A stretch of DNA of 64,000 bases, from positions 96,001 through 160,000 of the forward strand of contig JAQBYT010000001.1 of NCBI GenBank assembly GCA_027622665.1, written 5' to 3'. Under the pieces are notes generated by a model. It saw nothing but the letters and a program-made list of their open reading frames with translations. It did not search any database and was not told where the DNA came from. Positions 52,332 through 62,535 of the stretch are shown one piece after another (positions within the stretch are counted from its first letter, which is position 1; the number at the start of each line of letters is the position of its first letter). The translations under genes were made by a program, and so were the position numbers. The stretch is from Verrucomicrobiota bacterium (GTDB lineage: Bacteria; Verrucomicrobiota; Verrucomicrobiia; Opitutales; Seribacteraceae).

Positions 52332-54701
52332 TCAAATAGGGGAAGCTACGGGGAACTTCTCTTCGAAAAGAAAGTCTTCTTCGCCCTTCTTATTGGAATT
52401 GGGAAATACAAAACCAGGGTTGGTGGTGCCTGGACTTATATTGTACTTTTGCATCAACAGCAACATATCTGAAGCACTTGCTTTTATTGTTTTTGTAGCC
52501 ATTTCCGCGGCAGCCTTAGTCGCCGCTTGCGTGCTTCCAAGGCCAACTGCTTTCTTTAAAGAGTCCATCGATCTTACGTTTGCTTTCCCAACATCATTTG
52601 CATCATACCCCAGAGCTAATGCAACACCATCTAAGCTCCCTTCTGTTGACCCTTGTTCTACAGCTTGTTTGATAGCTACAGAATCCTGACCCGCCTTGTC
52701 TCCTCCAAGAATAGCACCTAGGGTAGATCCGTACGTGGCGGATTTGACCGCATTTACTGAATCTATGTCAGTCCGTCGTATGTCTGGTTTTGCATCAAGA
52801 AGGCTTACCACTTCAAAGAGAGCACCAGTCGTTGCCCCGTTAGCTGAAGCACGAGCGAGTTCAACCTCAAATTCTTCAGTTTGACCTTGTGGTTTTTCTA
52901 TTTTGTAAAGGTTATCTGCCGTTACACTTCCATAGGCAGAACCTTTGGAGCTGGCCGTGATAACGCTCTGCAAATCTGTTTCATAATATATCGCCATGGC
53001 AACATTACTTAATACCGAACCCATTGCGGTGCCTCTGGCGAGATTAAGGATTTCTTGACGAGAGGATGCGGTGCCATTGGAATCCGCGGCCTTAGCGATT
53101 GCGCCTTGGGCGGAACCTTTAGAAGACGCCTCGGCTAAGGCAATACGATCATACGACACCTTCTTCCCATAGTATTCATAGTCCCAGGCAGAGTAATTAT
53201 CTGCAACTGGGTCAAAGACGGTTGCGAATTGAGCACCCATTGAAGACCCGAAAGCTGCCGCTTCGCCGAGAAGCGCAATATCGGCCTTTTTATCGTTTGG
53301 CCATTGTTTGAGCAAGTTGCTCTCTATGGCTGCAGAAGCTACTCCATATGAAACTTTCTCTGCAACGCGTTCTGGCAGTTTATCAATTTTCCAAGGCTTG
53401 TGCGAACTCGAAACCATAATCGAGCCCAATGACGCTCCGGAAGCTATGGACTTAACGACTTCGTATGTAAAAATGTGGTGACTAGAGTTTGCATCTGGTC
53501 CGCTAGGGAGACCTGCCATAAATTCTACGGCCGCCTTGGCCGCTCCTGAACCGATCGCCTCAGCCAATGCGGGAACATTAACAGACAAAATATTACCGCT
53601 GTCCTTCGATGCCGCAAGTGCACCGTAGGCTAGACCATTGGCGGCGTATTCGAGGATACGAGTTTTGTCGGGATGAAAGTGAGGGGGGTCTGATGGATGA
53701 CCGCCTCGCATCATTATGTCATCGCTCGTAGTTGTGCTTGGGTCGAGTGCGTTGATACCCGGGTAAAAGCCGAAATCCGCTTCATCGATGGTTTTGTTAT
53801 TAATTTCTTCCAAAATGGCAGTAATAGTTCCCTCAGCGACGAACCGCATCAACTGCTCGCGATCTGGTGGGGCATCCGACACTGAACCTGTGGAGTTCAA
53901 ATTGGCGCCGATGATTCCGCGGGCCATGCCCTCGGACAAACTTTTGACTAAGTCAGGAGCACTTACCCGCCAAGCCCTAGACGCTTCTGGAATGAAGGCT
54001 TCAATTACCACTGATGGGAGGAGTGTTTGAGCAAGACCTTCGGGTGCGATTTGGAGAAATGCCTTGACCGTTGTGGCCTTCTCTGCGGGAGAGGAGTTTT
54101 CAAACGACTGAGTCCAACCATTTGCATCTGCGGGATCAAGGCGTTGTAAGTAATCCCTGTAAAGCTCATGATCGGCGGATGCCACCGTACCAAATCCAAC
54201 GCCAAATGCATTCCATTCCGGACTGCCTGGCTCAAGACTGAGGGAACGATCAACGGATGCCTCTAGTGCCGCTTGTACGAGAGCTTGGGTAGCTTTACCG
54301 ATTTGGTCGACATCGAGCCCGAGGCTATCTCTCTTGTCTCGAATGTATTCCAAAGCGAGACGAACACCCTCCTTAATCTCATCGTTAGTGTTACTGCCGG
54401 CCCCAGCGAAGAGCCCCTTCATCGTACCAGTTAAACTTGAAGGAACATCTGGCCAAGAACTAGCCGAGAGCGTCGAATTAACATCGGCACTCGGTATGGT
54501 CGAACGGCGAAATCGAGAAGATGTGCGTACTGAACCAGGATTCGTGAGTTCCTCATGATTGATTAGGATGGCACTTTCAATCAGGGTCTTGTCAATGGGT
54601 CTTGCTCCTACTGAGAGGATTGACCAACCAACAGTCAATCCTCCCGCTATCAAGCGGAACAAATTGTTGAAGTTGTTGAATTGTTGCGGCATCAAGGGCA
54701 T
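52332..54701 (-). CDS. Large secreted Ala/Gly/Ser-rich hypothetical protein with degenerate helical repeats
   Basis: 789 aa; N-terminal hydrophobic signal-like segment; recurring small-residue GxxxG helices. Confidence 0.7.
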   Translation of the reverse strand: MPLMPQQFNNFNNLFRLIAGGLTVGWSILSVGARPIDKTLIESAILINHEELTNPGSVRTSSRFRRSTIPSADVNSTLSASSWPDVPSSLTGTMKGLFAGAGSNTNDEIKEGVRLALEYIRDKRDSLGLDVDQIGKATQALVQAALEASVDRSLSLEPGSPEWNAFGVGFGTVASADHELYRDYLQRLDPADANGWTQSFENSSPAEKATTVKAFLQIAPEGLAQTLLPSVVIEAFIPEASRAWRVSAPDLVKSLSEGMARGIIGANLNSTGSVSDAPPDREQLMRFVAEGTITAILEEINNKTIDEADFGFYPGINALDPSTTTSDDIMMRGGHPSDPPHFHPDKTRILEYAANGLAYGALAASKDSGNILSVNVPALAEAIGSGAAKAAVEFMAGLPSGPDANSSHHIFTYEVVKSIASGASLGSIMVSSSHKPWKIDKLPERVAEKVSYGVASAAIESNLLKQWPNDKKADIALLGEAAAFGSSMGAQFATVFDPVADNYSAWDYEYYGKKVSYDRIALAEASSKGSAQGAIAKAADSNGTASSRQEILNLARGTAMGSVLSNVAMAIYYETDLQSVITASSKGSAYGSVTADNLYKIEKPQGQTEEFEVELARASANGATTGALFEVVSLLDAKPDIRRTDIDSVNAVKSATYGSTLGAILGGDKAGQDSVAIKQAVEQGSTEGSLDGVALALGYDANDVGKANVRSMDSLKKAVGLGSTQAATKAAAEMATKTIKASASDMLLLMQKYNISPGTTNPGFVFPNSNKKGEEDFLFEEKFPVASPI

Positions 54702-54798
54702 CTGTTCACTAAATTTAATCAGTATCGGACGCTGTTGTTCAATATGACATTTATTGCCTCGACAATCAAGACGTCAAACAACTTTTCCGTTCGGTCTT

Positions 54799-56439
54799 TC
54801 AGTGCCGTTGCCTTGCTCGCCTTTCTTTTTCGAGGCTGGCGTGCTTGAGTGCTAATGATAGTGTCAGCGAAAGGAGTAGCAGGCAAGCGGGCGTCCGGGT
54901 CGGAAAATCGACGAAAGAGTAGATCGCAAAAAGTATGCACCCCACCAATGCCCAGTCAGGTGCAGTCGAGAACACACTTTTTCTATTTTGCCAAATCCCA
55001 AGTGTCGGCACCAGTAGAAGTAGGACAACTCCTACGACACCTATTTCGGCTAAGTATTGAAGCCAGTCGTTGTGACTGTGTTCAGTGAGAGGTTTTAGTT
55101 TACGATGAGCGGATGCCAGCCCATATTCTCTTTCTTTCTTATATTCCGCCGATTGATAGAGAGGATGAAGGGCTCGAAAGGAACCTAATCCATGGCCGAA
55201 TACAGGTTTGTCGAGAAACATTTCAAAAGTGTCTTTCCATAGATAATAGCGCATGGGCGGCGAACCTTTTTGATAATTCTCCCATTGCTGCAAGGTATTG
55301 CCGATCGCCTCTGATTTGGTTTCACGATCAAGATTAAACCCAAACCACACCAGAATTCCCAATGTTAGAGAACATGCAAACACTGTACCCCCGAATGCCG
55401 CGCATCTTTTAATGAAAGTATCAAAATATCTTGTCACGGACCATCCAAGGACTAATGCAAGAAGTATAAGAAAAATTATGAGTAAAAAAGTACCCGATCG
55501 CGAACCCGATAGGGGAATAGTAATTCCAAAAAAAAGTGCCGCGACCAAGCAAACGCCAGCCTTTGGTTCCCGCCAAGCCAGTATTCCTTTCCGGCTGATC
55601 TCTCGCCATGCCAAGCTTAATGCACCCCCCAGGCAGAGTAGGGCAAAAGCTGACCAATGATTCTTGTAGGTGAAACTGCTGAAGAAATATCTAGGTTCGG
55701 GCGCATCCCACAAACCCCATATTTCTTTTACCCTATCACCGGGCACGTAGGATAGTTTTTGAAAAGTCCCTGCTATCGCAAGAAGGGCACCGTTCAAAAC
55801 AATCATTAAAAGCAATTTCCGAATAAGCCGCCGGCTTTCCATGAATCGCCACAGAATGATCGCTTGAAGAGCAAGAATTGCTATAGGATAGCACCTTTTC
55901 CAAATTGAGGCATCGGCAGTCACGCAACTAGGAAGCCATGCCGTATAGGTCCTCTTGAGTTTGCTTTCGTAATCCTCGATAAATGGCTCAAAAGGAGAGT
56001 CGAAACGATCGAATTTATCCTGAAAGTCGCGGCGGAACCTGTAAAATAAAGCAATGGCTTGTCCTGAATCTACTACGGATCTCCTTTGCACGTCACGAAA
56101 CTCGTCTCCGACAAAGGGAACCAAGGCGGGAGCTCGAAGAGCCGCATCTTCGAATCGTTCCAAATCCAATGGGATTTGGCTTGGAGGATTGTGAGAAGGG
56201 TTGAGCATGCTTGCACCTGCAAGCGCCACGAAAAGGGCAAATGGAATCATCGGTTTCCACGGGAAAGCAAACGGCAGACTATCTCCCTTCCTCAGCAACA
56301 GTACTCCCAAAAGTCCACCCAAGACAGTTGCCGCGGTAAACCATTCTGCCCATGGCGACAAGTGACCTGCTTTCGCCCAGGAAATGACAACAACCAAAAC
56401 AGTCGTTTGCCCAAAAAGAAAAACTTCGTGTGTTCTCAA
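54799..56439 (-). CDS. O-antigen ligase family (Wzy_C) membrane protein
   Basis: Many TM segments, F.YKNH, SGSRSG, R..LW......F...P.FG.GLGSF, HSHNDWLQYLAE.G. Confidence 0.88.
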   Translation of the reverse strand: MRTHEVFLFGQTTVLVVVISWAKAGHLSPWAEWFTAATVLGGLLGVLLLRKGDSLPFAFPWKPMIPFALFVALAGASMLNPSHNPPSQIPLDLERFEDAALRAPALVPFVGDEFRDVQRRSVVDSGQAIALFYRFRRDFQDKFDRFDSPFEPFIEDYESKLKRTYTAWLPSCVTADASIWKRCYPIAILALQAIILWRFMESRRLIRKLLLMIVLNGALLAIAGTFQKLSYVPGDRVKEIWGLWDAPEPRYFFSSFTYKNHWSAFALLCLGGALSLAWREISRKGILAWREPKAGVCLVAALFFGITIPLSGSRSGTFLLIIFLILLALVLGWSVTRYFDTFIKRCAAFGGTVFACSLTLGILVWFGFNLDRETKSEAIGNTLQQWENYQKGSPPMRYYLWKDTFEMFLDKPVFGHGLGSFRALHPLYQSAEYKKEREYGLASAHRKLKPLTEHSHNDWLQYLAEIGVVGVVLLLLVPTLGIWQNRKSVFSTAPDWALVGCILFAIYSFVDFPTRTPACLLLLSLTLSLALKHASLEKERRARQRH

Positions 56440-56576
56440 TCCACTAAGATTGGGTTCATGCGTACCTCATATTCGTCAAAGCCATCTAAATATTGAAAGG
56501 TTGGTCTGGGCAACCCTTCGATTTTAGAGTTGCCGTGCTACAATAGGTAGTCAAAATTCTAATTAAAGTTTATTTT

Positions 56577-57881
56577 ATGCCCATTCTTAATTCTCCCGTG
56601 AAAATTCCTGCCCGTTTTTTCGAAGTTAACAAAGAATTATTTCTTTGTTTGTTTTGTGTAAGCATTGTTCTTGCTAACAAGACGTTCGCTCTGACAGAGA
56701 ACGCTTTGGGTCGATTCGACCTGAGTGCGTCGCTCTCGGCGGAATACGATTCTCGCGTGTTTGGCATTTCTTCCCAATCGCTGCAGGCGGTTAGAGCATC
56801 TGGAACGCCTGGAGTCGCTGTCGATGAAATTGAAAGCGAAGACGACTTGATACTGAAATTTACTCCCACTATCCACTACACAAAGAAATTACGCTGGTTT
56901 ACTTTTAGTGGGTCGGCGGGCGTCCAAATTACCCAGTTTGTAAAGAACGACAAAAAAAGTTATGTTCAGCCGACCAGCACTTTCAATATCGACTTTGATG
57001 AATCCTTGAAGAAGCGGATTTCAAATAATGCAAAGATTCGCTTCGATATGAATTTCGACCTCGGTCAGAAGGTGGACACCAGTGTTCTGGAGCAGGATCT
57101 CGTGAGTTACTCTTACTTTCTGGTTGCCGCAAACGTAAGGTACAACCACAGTTCAAAGTTTGGTTTGGGAGCTGGAACCTCATACTCCTACCGGAATTAT
57201 CAAGATTGGGCAACTGGAGGACAAACGAATTCCGCCTACGGCGATCTTGCCACAATTCCAATCTACGCCAGAGCTTTTTATATTTATTCTGAAAAACTCG
57301 ATTTCTTCACTGAATACAACTTTTCGCGGTCTAAGGATATGTCTGGCGGCGGGGGATCCAGCCTAACTGATGGGGCTACTCACGGAGTGAGTTTTGGTGC
57401 TCAAGGTGAATTATCCCAGAAGCTATCGGGCGACGCCAACATCGGTTATGTTCGGCAAGTCTATGATAATGCCAGTGTTTCCGGACAAGGCACCCTTTCG
57501 CTTGGTTCAGGATTGCAATGGAGTTTAAACCGCAAGACTTCCATGGGTTTTGATTTGAACAGAGGGTTCTCACCTTCGGCTCAAGGTTATACGATGCTAA
57601 ATACTACAGGTCGACTTTCCTTAAACCATCGATTCACCGACGATGTTTCGGGAAGCGCGTACATATCCTATGGGACGACCGATTACACCTATGCATCAGG
57701 AGGTGCTGCCACTACACGCAGTTCGAATTCTCTCGACAACATTGGCTTTGGAACCAACGTGACTAAAACTCTCAGTAAGCATTTCACCACCAGTGGCGGG
57801 TACAGCTTTTCACATCTTGCCCGCGATTCCGAATCTTATGGACGGCACCTAGTACGAGTTGACCTGAACGGCCGATTTTGA
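56577..57881 (+). CDS. Outer membrane beta-barrel protein associated with EPS export (BBP2-like)
   Basis: Signal peptide, alternating amphipathic beta strands, C-terminal Phe, directly upstream of wza-wzc. Confidence 0.78.
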   Translation: MPILNSPVKIPARFFEVNKELFLCLFCVSIVLANKTFALTENALGRFDLSASLSAEYDSRVFGISSQSLQAVRASGTPGVAVDEIESEDDLILKFTPTIHYTKKLRWFTFSGSAGVQITQFVKNDKKSYVQPTSTFNIDFDESLKKRISNNAKIRFDMNFDLGQKVDTSVLEQDLVSYSYFLVAANVRYNHSSKFGLGAGTSYSYRNYQDWATGGQTNSAYGDLATIPIYARAFYIYSEKLDFFTEYNFSRSKDMSGGGGSSLTDGATHGVSFGAQGELSQKLSGDANIGYVRQVYDNASVSGQGTLSLGSGLQWSLNRKTSMGFDLNRGFSPSAQGYTMLNTTGRLSLNHRFTDDVSGSAYISYGTTDYTYASGGAATTRSSNSLDNIGFGTNVTKTLSKHFTTSGGYSFSHLARDSESYGRHLVRVDLNGRF

Positions 57882-57896
57882 GATAATAGCTTAGTT

Positions 57897-58532
57897 GTGA
57901 GAGTTGCCCTCTGCTTACCTTTGTGCTTGGTTTTGGTTTTAGCCGTCTCGCTATTATCTGCCCGCAACGACGATCCCTCCATTCTTCGTGATCCGACTGG
58001 ATACAAACTAAGATCTGGAGATCGCATTAAAGTATCGGTGCTCGGAGAAGTCGATTGTAATATCGAAGCAACGATCAACAATGATGAAAGCGTACGCTTG
58101 GCTTACATTGGAGAATTACTCTTGGCTAAAATGAACACGAAGCAAGCGGAAACATATATTGCCCAAGAGTATCGGAGACAATTGATCTTCAGGGACCCCC
58201 AAGTGTCCGTTACCATATCAAAGTATGTGGAACGTTTCGTTTTCCTTTCGGGTTCAGTCAACAAACAAGGTCCCTATACCTTTCCTCCTGAAGCCGAAGC
58301 GATGAACTTAGTTCAAGTTATTGCACGAGCAGGTGGATTCAACGATATAGCCAACAAGACAAAAGTAAGGGTTACCCGCACCTTTTACGATGAGTCGGGA
58401 AAAATCAAAAACTCCATGACTTACGAAGTTAATGTCGAAGCTCTCAGCAGCGGATCAGCTGAGGAGGGAGAGTACAAAACCTTCATGATTTATCCCGGTG
58501 ATCAGATTTTTGTAAAAGAACGTTTAGTGTAA
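57897..58532 (+). CDS. wza: Polysaccharide export protein (Wza/GumB-like; Poly_export and SLBB domains)
   Basis: YKLRSGD.I.V.V.GE, G.V...G.Y, ARAGGF, PGDQIFVKER. Confidence 0.85.
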   Translation: MRVALCLPLCLVLVLAVSLLSARNDDPSILRDPTGYKLRSGDRIKVSVLGEVDCNIEATINNDESVRLAYIGELLLAKMNTKQAETYIAQEYRRQLIFRDPQVSVTISKYVERFVFLSGSVNKQGPYTFPPEAEAMNLVQVIARAGGFNDIANKTKVRVTRTFYDESGKIKNSMTYEVNVEALSSGSAEEGEYKTFMIYPGDQIFVKERLV

Positions 58533-58569
58533 TCTTCATTTCATCATCGCTCTTCCTTAATAGATTAAA

Positions 58570-60858
58570 ATGGACTCCTACCCCAACCCTGATCCGTCTC
58601 AGGAAATTGTACACTCAGCTTCTCGGGGTAGGTTCAGGGGTATCTTCGATTATGTTCTGATTATACGTGATCGTTGGTTGCTTTCCATGGCACTCTCACT
58701 TCCCATTGCTTTGGGTTTTGTTTACAAAGAATATCAACAGCCAAGTATCTACCAATCTTCCTCTTCTTTTCGTCTCGTCCCTCCGCCAGCCATTTTGAAC
58801 CTACAGCCCGTCGAACAAGCTAATCAATTGGTGGATCTGGTTCGCAAGCATACCGAAGGGCTTAACGGTCAAGAGTTGAGAGTTCGCGTTCTCGAACGCG
58901 TTAAAGACAACAGTTCTTACAAAAGCACTATGCTTGCACCATATGTCTATGATGATGAGCAGTTGCCGGATATCGCATCAACTGTAAGCTATTACGTTTC
59001 GGTAGGCGGTGAGGGAAGACCTGTCTTCACCATAACGGCAACTGGCCGCAGTTCTCAATCCGTACAACTCGTTGCAGATCTAGTTCAACAAGAATACGAA
59101 AAATCTCACACGCACGAAGCTGGCGCAGTAGTGGAAACTGCTCGCGAAATTCTTGAAAGTCTTTTGGCCACAAGTCAATCTCGGGAATCCCACATTCTTG
59201 GAGAAATGACCAAATACAAAGGAGAGAAAGAGCTGCCATTCGTTGAGGACGAAAGATTGGATAATGCGTCTCGAAAAAGTAGCTATCATTCGGAAATCAC
59301 TAAGGCTAAAGTGGAGAAAGTACGAATAAATTCACTCCTTCGTCAAATCATTCAAATACAGGCCAGTATTAGCTCTCGTGCCAAAAATGACGGGACTGCT
59401 CAAGATGTGAATGCAAACATTGATGCCATCAAGGATTACTTTAAAATTGATGCCATACAAAGTTTTGGAAATGTGCCTGCCCTCCAGACCAGACTTTTCG
59501 ATCTGGAACAAACACATAAGCTTTATGGACAAAAATACCTTTCGAATCATCCAAAGATGATCGAGAACGCACGGCAAGTACAGGATGTCGAAAGGATTCT
59601 GCAACTGGAGGTCAAAGCTTCGATTGAGGATCTGAAAGACACATATCATCAACTAGAAGCTCAAGAACAGGAGTTCGCTACCGCGATGGATAAAGTTCAG
59701 TCCGAGTCCGTTGAACTTAGTGAAATGGAAACCAACCTAGCGGTACTGGATCGAAAACTTCAAATTCAAAAAGGTTCTACGGATACGATTCAAAGACGCC
59801 TACAAGATGTTGTCATTCAAATAGCTCTTCCAATAGAGCAAGACGACCCTCTTCATAAAGGGAGCGTTGCTTACCCGGGCACCCAGATCAGTCCGAACTT
59901 ACCAGAAATTCACAAAATAGGATTTATTATATTTGGAGTGCTCTTTGTTCTGATCCCCTTCGGTTTTGAGTTTATAGATAATCGGATAAAATCCCCTTGG
60001 GATATAGAAGTTTTCCTTGGTCAGGATCTACTTGCCGGCATTCCAAAGATATCTGAAGTCAAAGAGAGCGATCGACCGCTTATTGTCGGCAACGAACTAG
60101 ACGATGGTCTCACCGAAGCCTTCCGGAGCATGTACAGTCGTATACAAATGCACTCCAAGACGGATTACCCAAAAACTATTTTAATCACTAGTGCGATACC
60201 AAGTGAAGGGAAGAGTCTACTTGCCGCTAATTTGGCTTACAGTTGCGCCAATCACGGGCGTAAAACAATCCTTATCGATTTTGATTTAAGACGACCCGGG
60301 CTTCATAAATTTTGTGGAGTAAGTAATGATAGAGGATTACTTACGCTGATAAATGAGACTGTAACAAATCCTACTCCAAATTATGACTTTTGGGATAGTG
60401 GAACACTTGTGGAAATTTATCCCAACCTTTTAATCTTGCCCTCTGGCGGAAAAACCCGCGCCGCTACGGAAATGCTAGAAAAGCCCGAGTTCGACAAGAT
60501 GCTCTTCAGCCTCAGGCAAAACGCAGAAATCATCATTATCGACAGTCCTCCCATTGGACTGTTTCCTGACTCACTTGCAATGGCCCGCAAGGTAGATGAG
60601 GTGATTTTTGTAACTCGTTATGGAAAGGTGGCGCGTAAAGTGGCAAAAAGTCTAATCGAGAGCCTGGAGGAAACAGGAGTAAATCTGTTAGGCGTTGTGC
60701 TCAATGATTTACCCGAAAAGAAGACCCCAGGCTACTACTATTCCGGATACTATGGATATGGTTACTTCCGATACAAGTACTACAACAAGTACTACAACAA
60801 GTACTACGGGAAACACGGTCCTGAGAAAGCTCAAGATAAAACCGCAAAGGTCAGTTAG
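58570..60858 (+). CDS. wzc: Polysaccharide co-polymerase / BY-kinase
   Basis: Two TM segments flanking a coiled-coil periplasmic domain; TSAIPSEGKS, IDFDLRRP, IIIDSPP; Tyr-rich C-terminal cluster. Confidence 0.92.
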   Translation: MDSYPNPDPSQEIVHSASRGRFRGIFDYVLIIRDRWLLSMALSLPIALGFVYKEYQQPSIYQSSSSFRLVPPPAILNLQPVEQANQLVDLVRKHTEGLNGQELRVRVLERVKDNSSYKSTMLAPYVYDDEQLPDIASTVSYYVSVGGEGRPVFTITATGRSSQSVQLVADLVQQEYEKSHTHEAGAVVETAREILESLLATSQSRESHILGEMTKYKGEKELPFVEDERLDNASRKSSYHSEITKAKVEKVRINSLLRQIIQIQASISSRAKNDGTAQDVNANIDAIKDYFKIDAIQSFGNVPALQTRLFDLEQTHKLYGQKYLSNHPKMIENARQVQDVERILQLEVKASIEDLKDTYHQLEAQEQEFATAMDKVQSESVELSEMETNLAVLDRKLQIQKGSTDTIQRRLQDVVIQIALPIEQDDPLHKGSVAYPGTQISPNLPEIHKIGFIIFGVLFVLIPFGFEFIDNRIKSPWDIEVFLGQDLLAGIPKISEVKESDRPLIVGNELDDGLTEAFRSMYSRIQMHSKTDYPKTILITSAIPSEGKSLLAANLAYSCANHGRKTILIDFDLRRPGLHKFCGVSNDRGLLTLINETVTNPTPNYDFWDSGTLVEIYPNLLILPSGGKTRAATEMLEKPEFDKMLFSLRQNAEIIIIDSPPIGLFPDSLAMARKVDEVIFVTRYGKVARKVAKSLIESLEETGVNLLGVVLNDLPEKKTPGYYYSGYYGYGYFRYKYYNKYYNKYYGKHGPEKAQDKTAKVS
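60773..60807 (+). repeat. 12-bp tandem repeat (ACAAGTACTACA, 2.9 copies) within the wzc tyrosine cluster
   Basis: Read directly from the sequence; encodes KYYN-KYYN-KYY. Confidence 0.9.
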
Positions 60859-61158
60859 GTGCATTGAAATGAAACCTTATCCTAGCTAAGACTAACATTC
60901 TACTTCAAACGAATAGATGCGTAGAAAAAAACGCCGCGGGCTAAATGGTTTTGGAATATGCCGACGGAACATGTCCAAGTTAATTCCCATAAAAGGCGTT
61001 TTAAGTGCGATTCGATCGATCACAGACTTCCCAAGGGCATGGTTTGCTTAACTTTCTTAGCCACTTCCATTTAACGCAAATCTGAAAACTATTCGAAGTC
61101 GGCGTGACAAATTTCTCATTGCACATAAATCCTTAGGTACTTCTTGAAAGTGTAATTA

Positions 61159-61389
61159 ATGCGATATGCTTACAAAACTTGTGTAATTCATCCTAAAGGA
61201 CTCCGCGTGAGCGGAGATGATCAATCTGATAAACTTGCCGAAAGCCTTGAAAAAGAAAGCAATGAATTAGGAAAGAGAGGGTGGAAGTTAACAGCCGTGA
61301 CTCCTACCTTGATAAATGGAGGCTCGGTTTCAAAATTATTACTCACTTTCCGTAAGAAATCTCAGGATATTGCTACAGGCAAGGATTGA
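61159..61389 (+). CDS. DUF4177-like small protein
   Basis: YAYK...L...NELG..GWKL..V pattern, 76 aa. Confidence 0.7.
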   Translation: MRYAYKTCVIHPKGLRVSGDDQSDKLAESLEKESNELGKRGWKLTAVTPTLINGGSVSKLLLTFRKKSQDIATGKD

Positions 61390-61418
61390 AATTACTACTC
61401 ATTCGAGAAATCCATTGG

Positions 61419-61856
61419 TTAGTATTCGACTGTTCGCACTACGCCATTTGCAAGCGTAAGGGTAAATAGTTCTCTGTCTTGATCACAAATCTCGAATTCT
61501 TTGGAAGTTTGTCCAAAATGAGATGCGATCAAGTGCCCGACACGGTAGCGTCTCGTCTCCCACACTGATGCAGCACTTGGGATGCTTGCCAGTACTTCAA
61601 AACGGTACCCCATAACTTTGTTTAACTCGGAAATGGGGATGCCGGATTGAATGTGAACTAAAGCATCTCTCTCAATCCGCACCAAATTATTGCTGCTATT
61701 TCGGCTCTTTTCAATTTGGGCTTTCCGTATCGCTTCCTCTTGGGCTCGCCTTTGTTCGGCAAACTGATTGTCCGGATCCCATAAGTTATCGCGACATGCG
61801 GTTAAAACCATTGCCATAAAACCAGCTGTCCATAGAATATTAATTAGTCGTGGCAC
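61419..61856 (-). CDS. Hypothetical lipoprotein
   Basis: GTG start, signal peptide with LTAC lipobox. Confidence 0.7.
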   Translation of the reverse strand: MPRLINILWTAGFMAMVLTACRDNLWDPDNQFAEQRRAQEEAIRKAQIEKSRNSSNNLVRIERDALVHIQSGIPISELNKVMGYRFEVLASIPSAASVWETRRYRVGHLIASHFGQTSKEFEICDQDRELFTLTLANGVVRTVEY

Positions 61857-61983
61857 TTAATTTAATTTTGCTAGTTTCACTAAAAAGGCAAATGTAATTA
61901 GCGACCTGCCGAACACTGAAATCCGGTATAAAACCTGCTGTAACATTGATCGCAACTTCACCTTCCACTAATATCAAGTTCTC

Positions 61984-62535
61984 GTGGATTTTAATTCCGC
62001 ACAAAACTCTTACCCTTATGCCCTGGAAAGGCAGGCCTCACTATTGGCTGCTTCCTTGCGGTTTCCTGAACCTTCGTCTGGCAGGTGGTTGTTAAGGCTT
62101 GTCAGGTTGCCCGTTAAAGGTCGGGAAACAATTATTGATTTGGAAAACCAGAACAACCGTTGCGTTGTAACTGTTACTCGCTTTTTGAAACCTCTTCGGC
62201 AATTATGGGAGGCACTAGATCGACCCAGTGAGATCCCCCGCACAACTATCCCTCTAGAAATATCCATGGCAACACTCGACAGCAATGATGCGCTCTTCCG
62301 AGAAACGGAAAGAGGCACAGTGCTTGACTGTATTAATGCACCGATAGACGATTCTGCCCTGGACCACTACCTTATTTTTTTTACAGACACCATCGATTGC
62401 AAGATTGCCGCGATTACCGACCCTTACAAAATGCGTAAAGCTGAAGCCTGGCATCGCATAATAAATCGCTCATACGGAGCCGAACTGGTTCCGCCGCGGC
62501 GATGTTTTGTGGAAGAAACTGTTTCCGTTTCATGA
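61984..62535 (+). CDS. Hypothetical protein
   Basis: 183 aa ORF whose stop overlaps the next start (ATGA at 62532-62535). Confidence 0.6.
   Translation: MDFNSAQNSYPYALERQASLLAASLRFPEPSSGRWLLRLVRLPVKGRETIIDLENQNNRCVVTVTRFLKPLRQLWEALDRPSEIPRTTIPLEISMATLDSNDALFRETERGTVLDCINAPIDDSALDHYLIFFTDTIDCKIAAITDPYKMRKAEAWHRIINRSYGAELVPPRRCFVEETVSVS

Noticed and set aside
60859..61158. 300-bp intergenic region as a possible oriC or ncRNA
   Set aside because: No cluster of TTATCCACA DnaA boxes and no convincing stable structure found.
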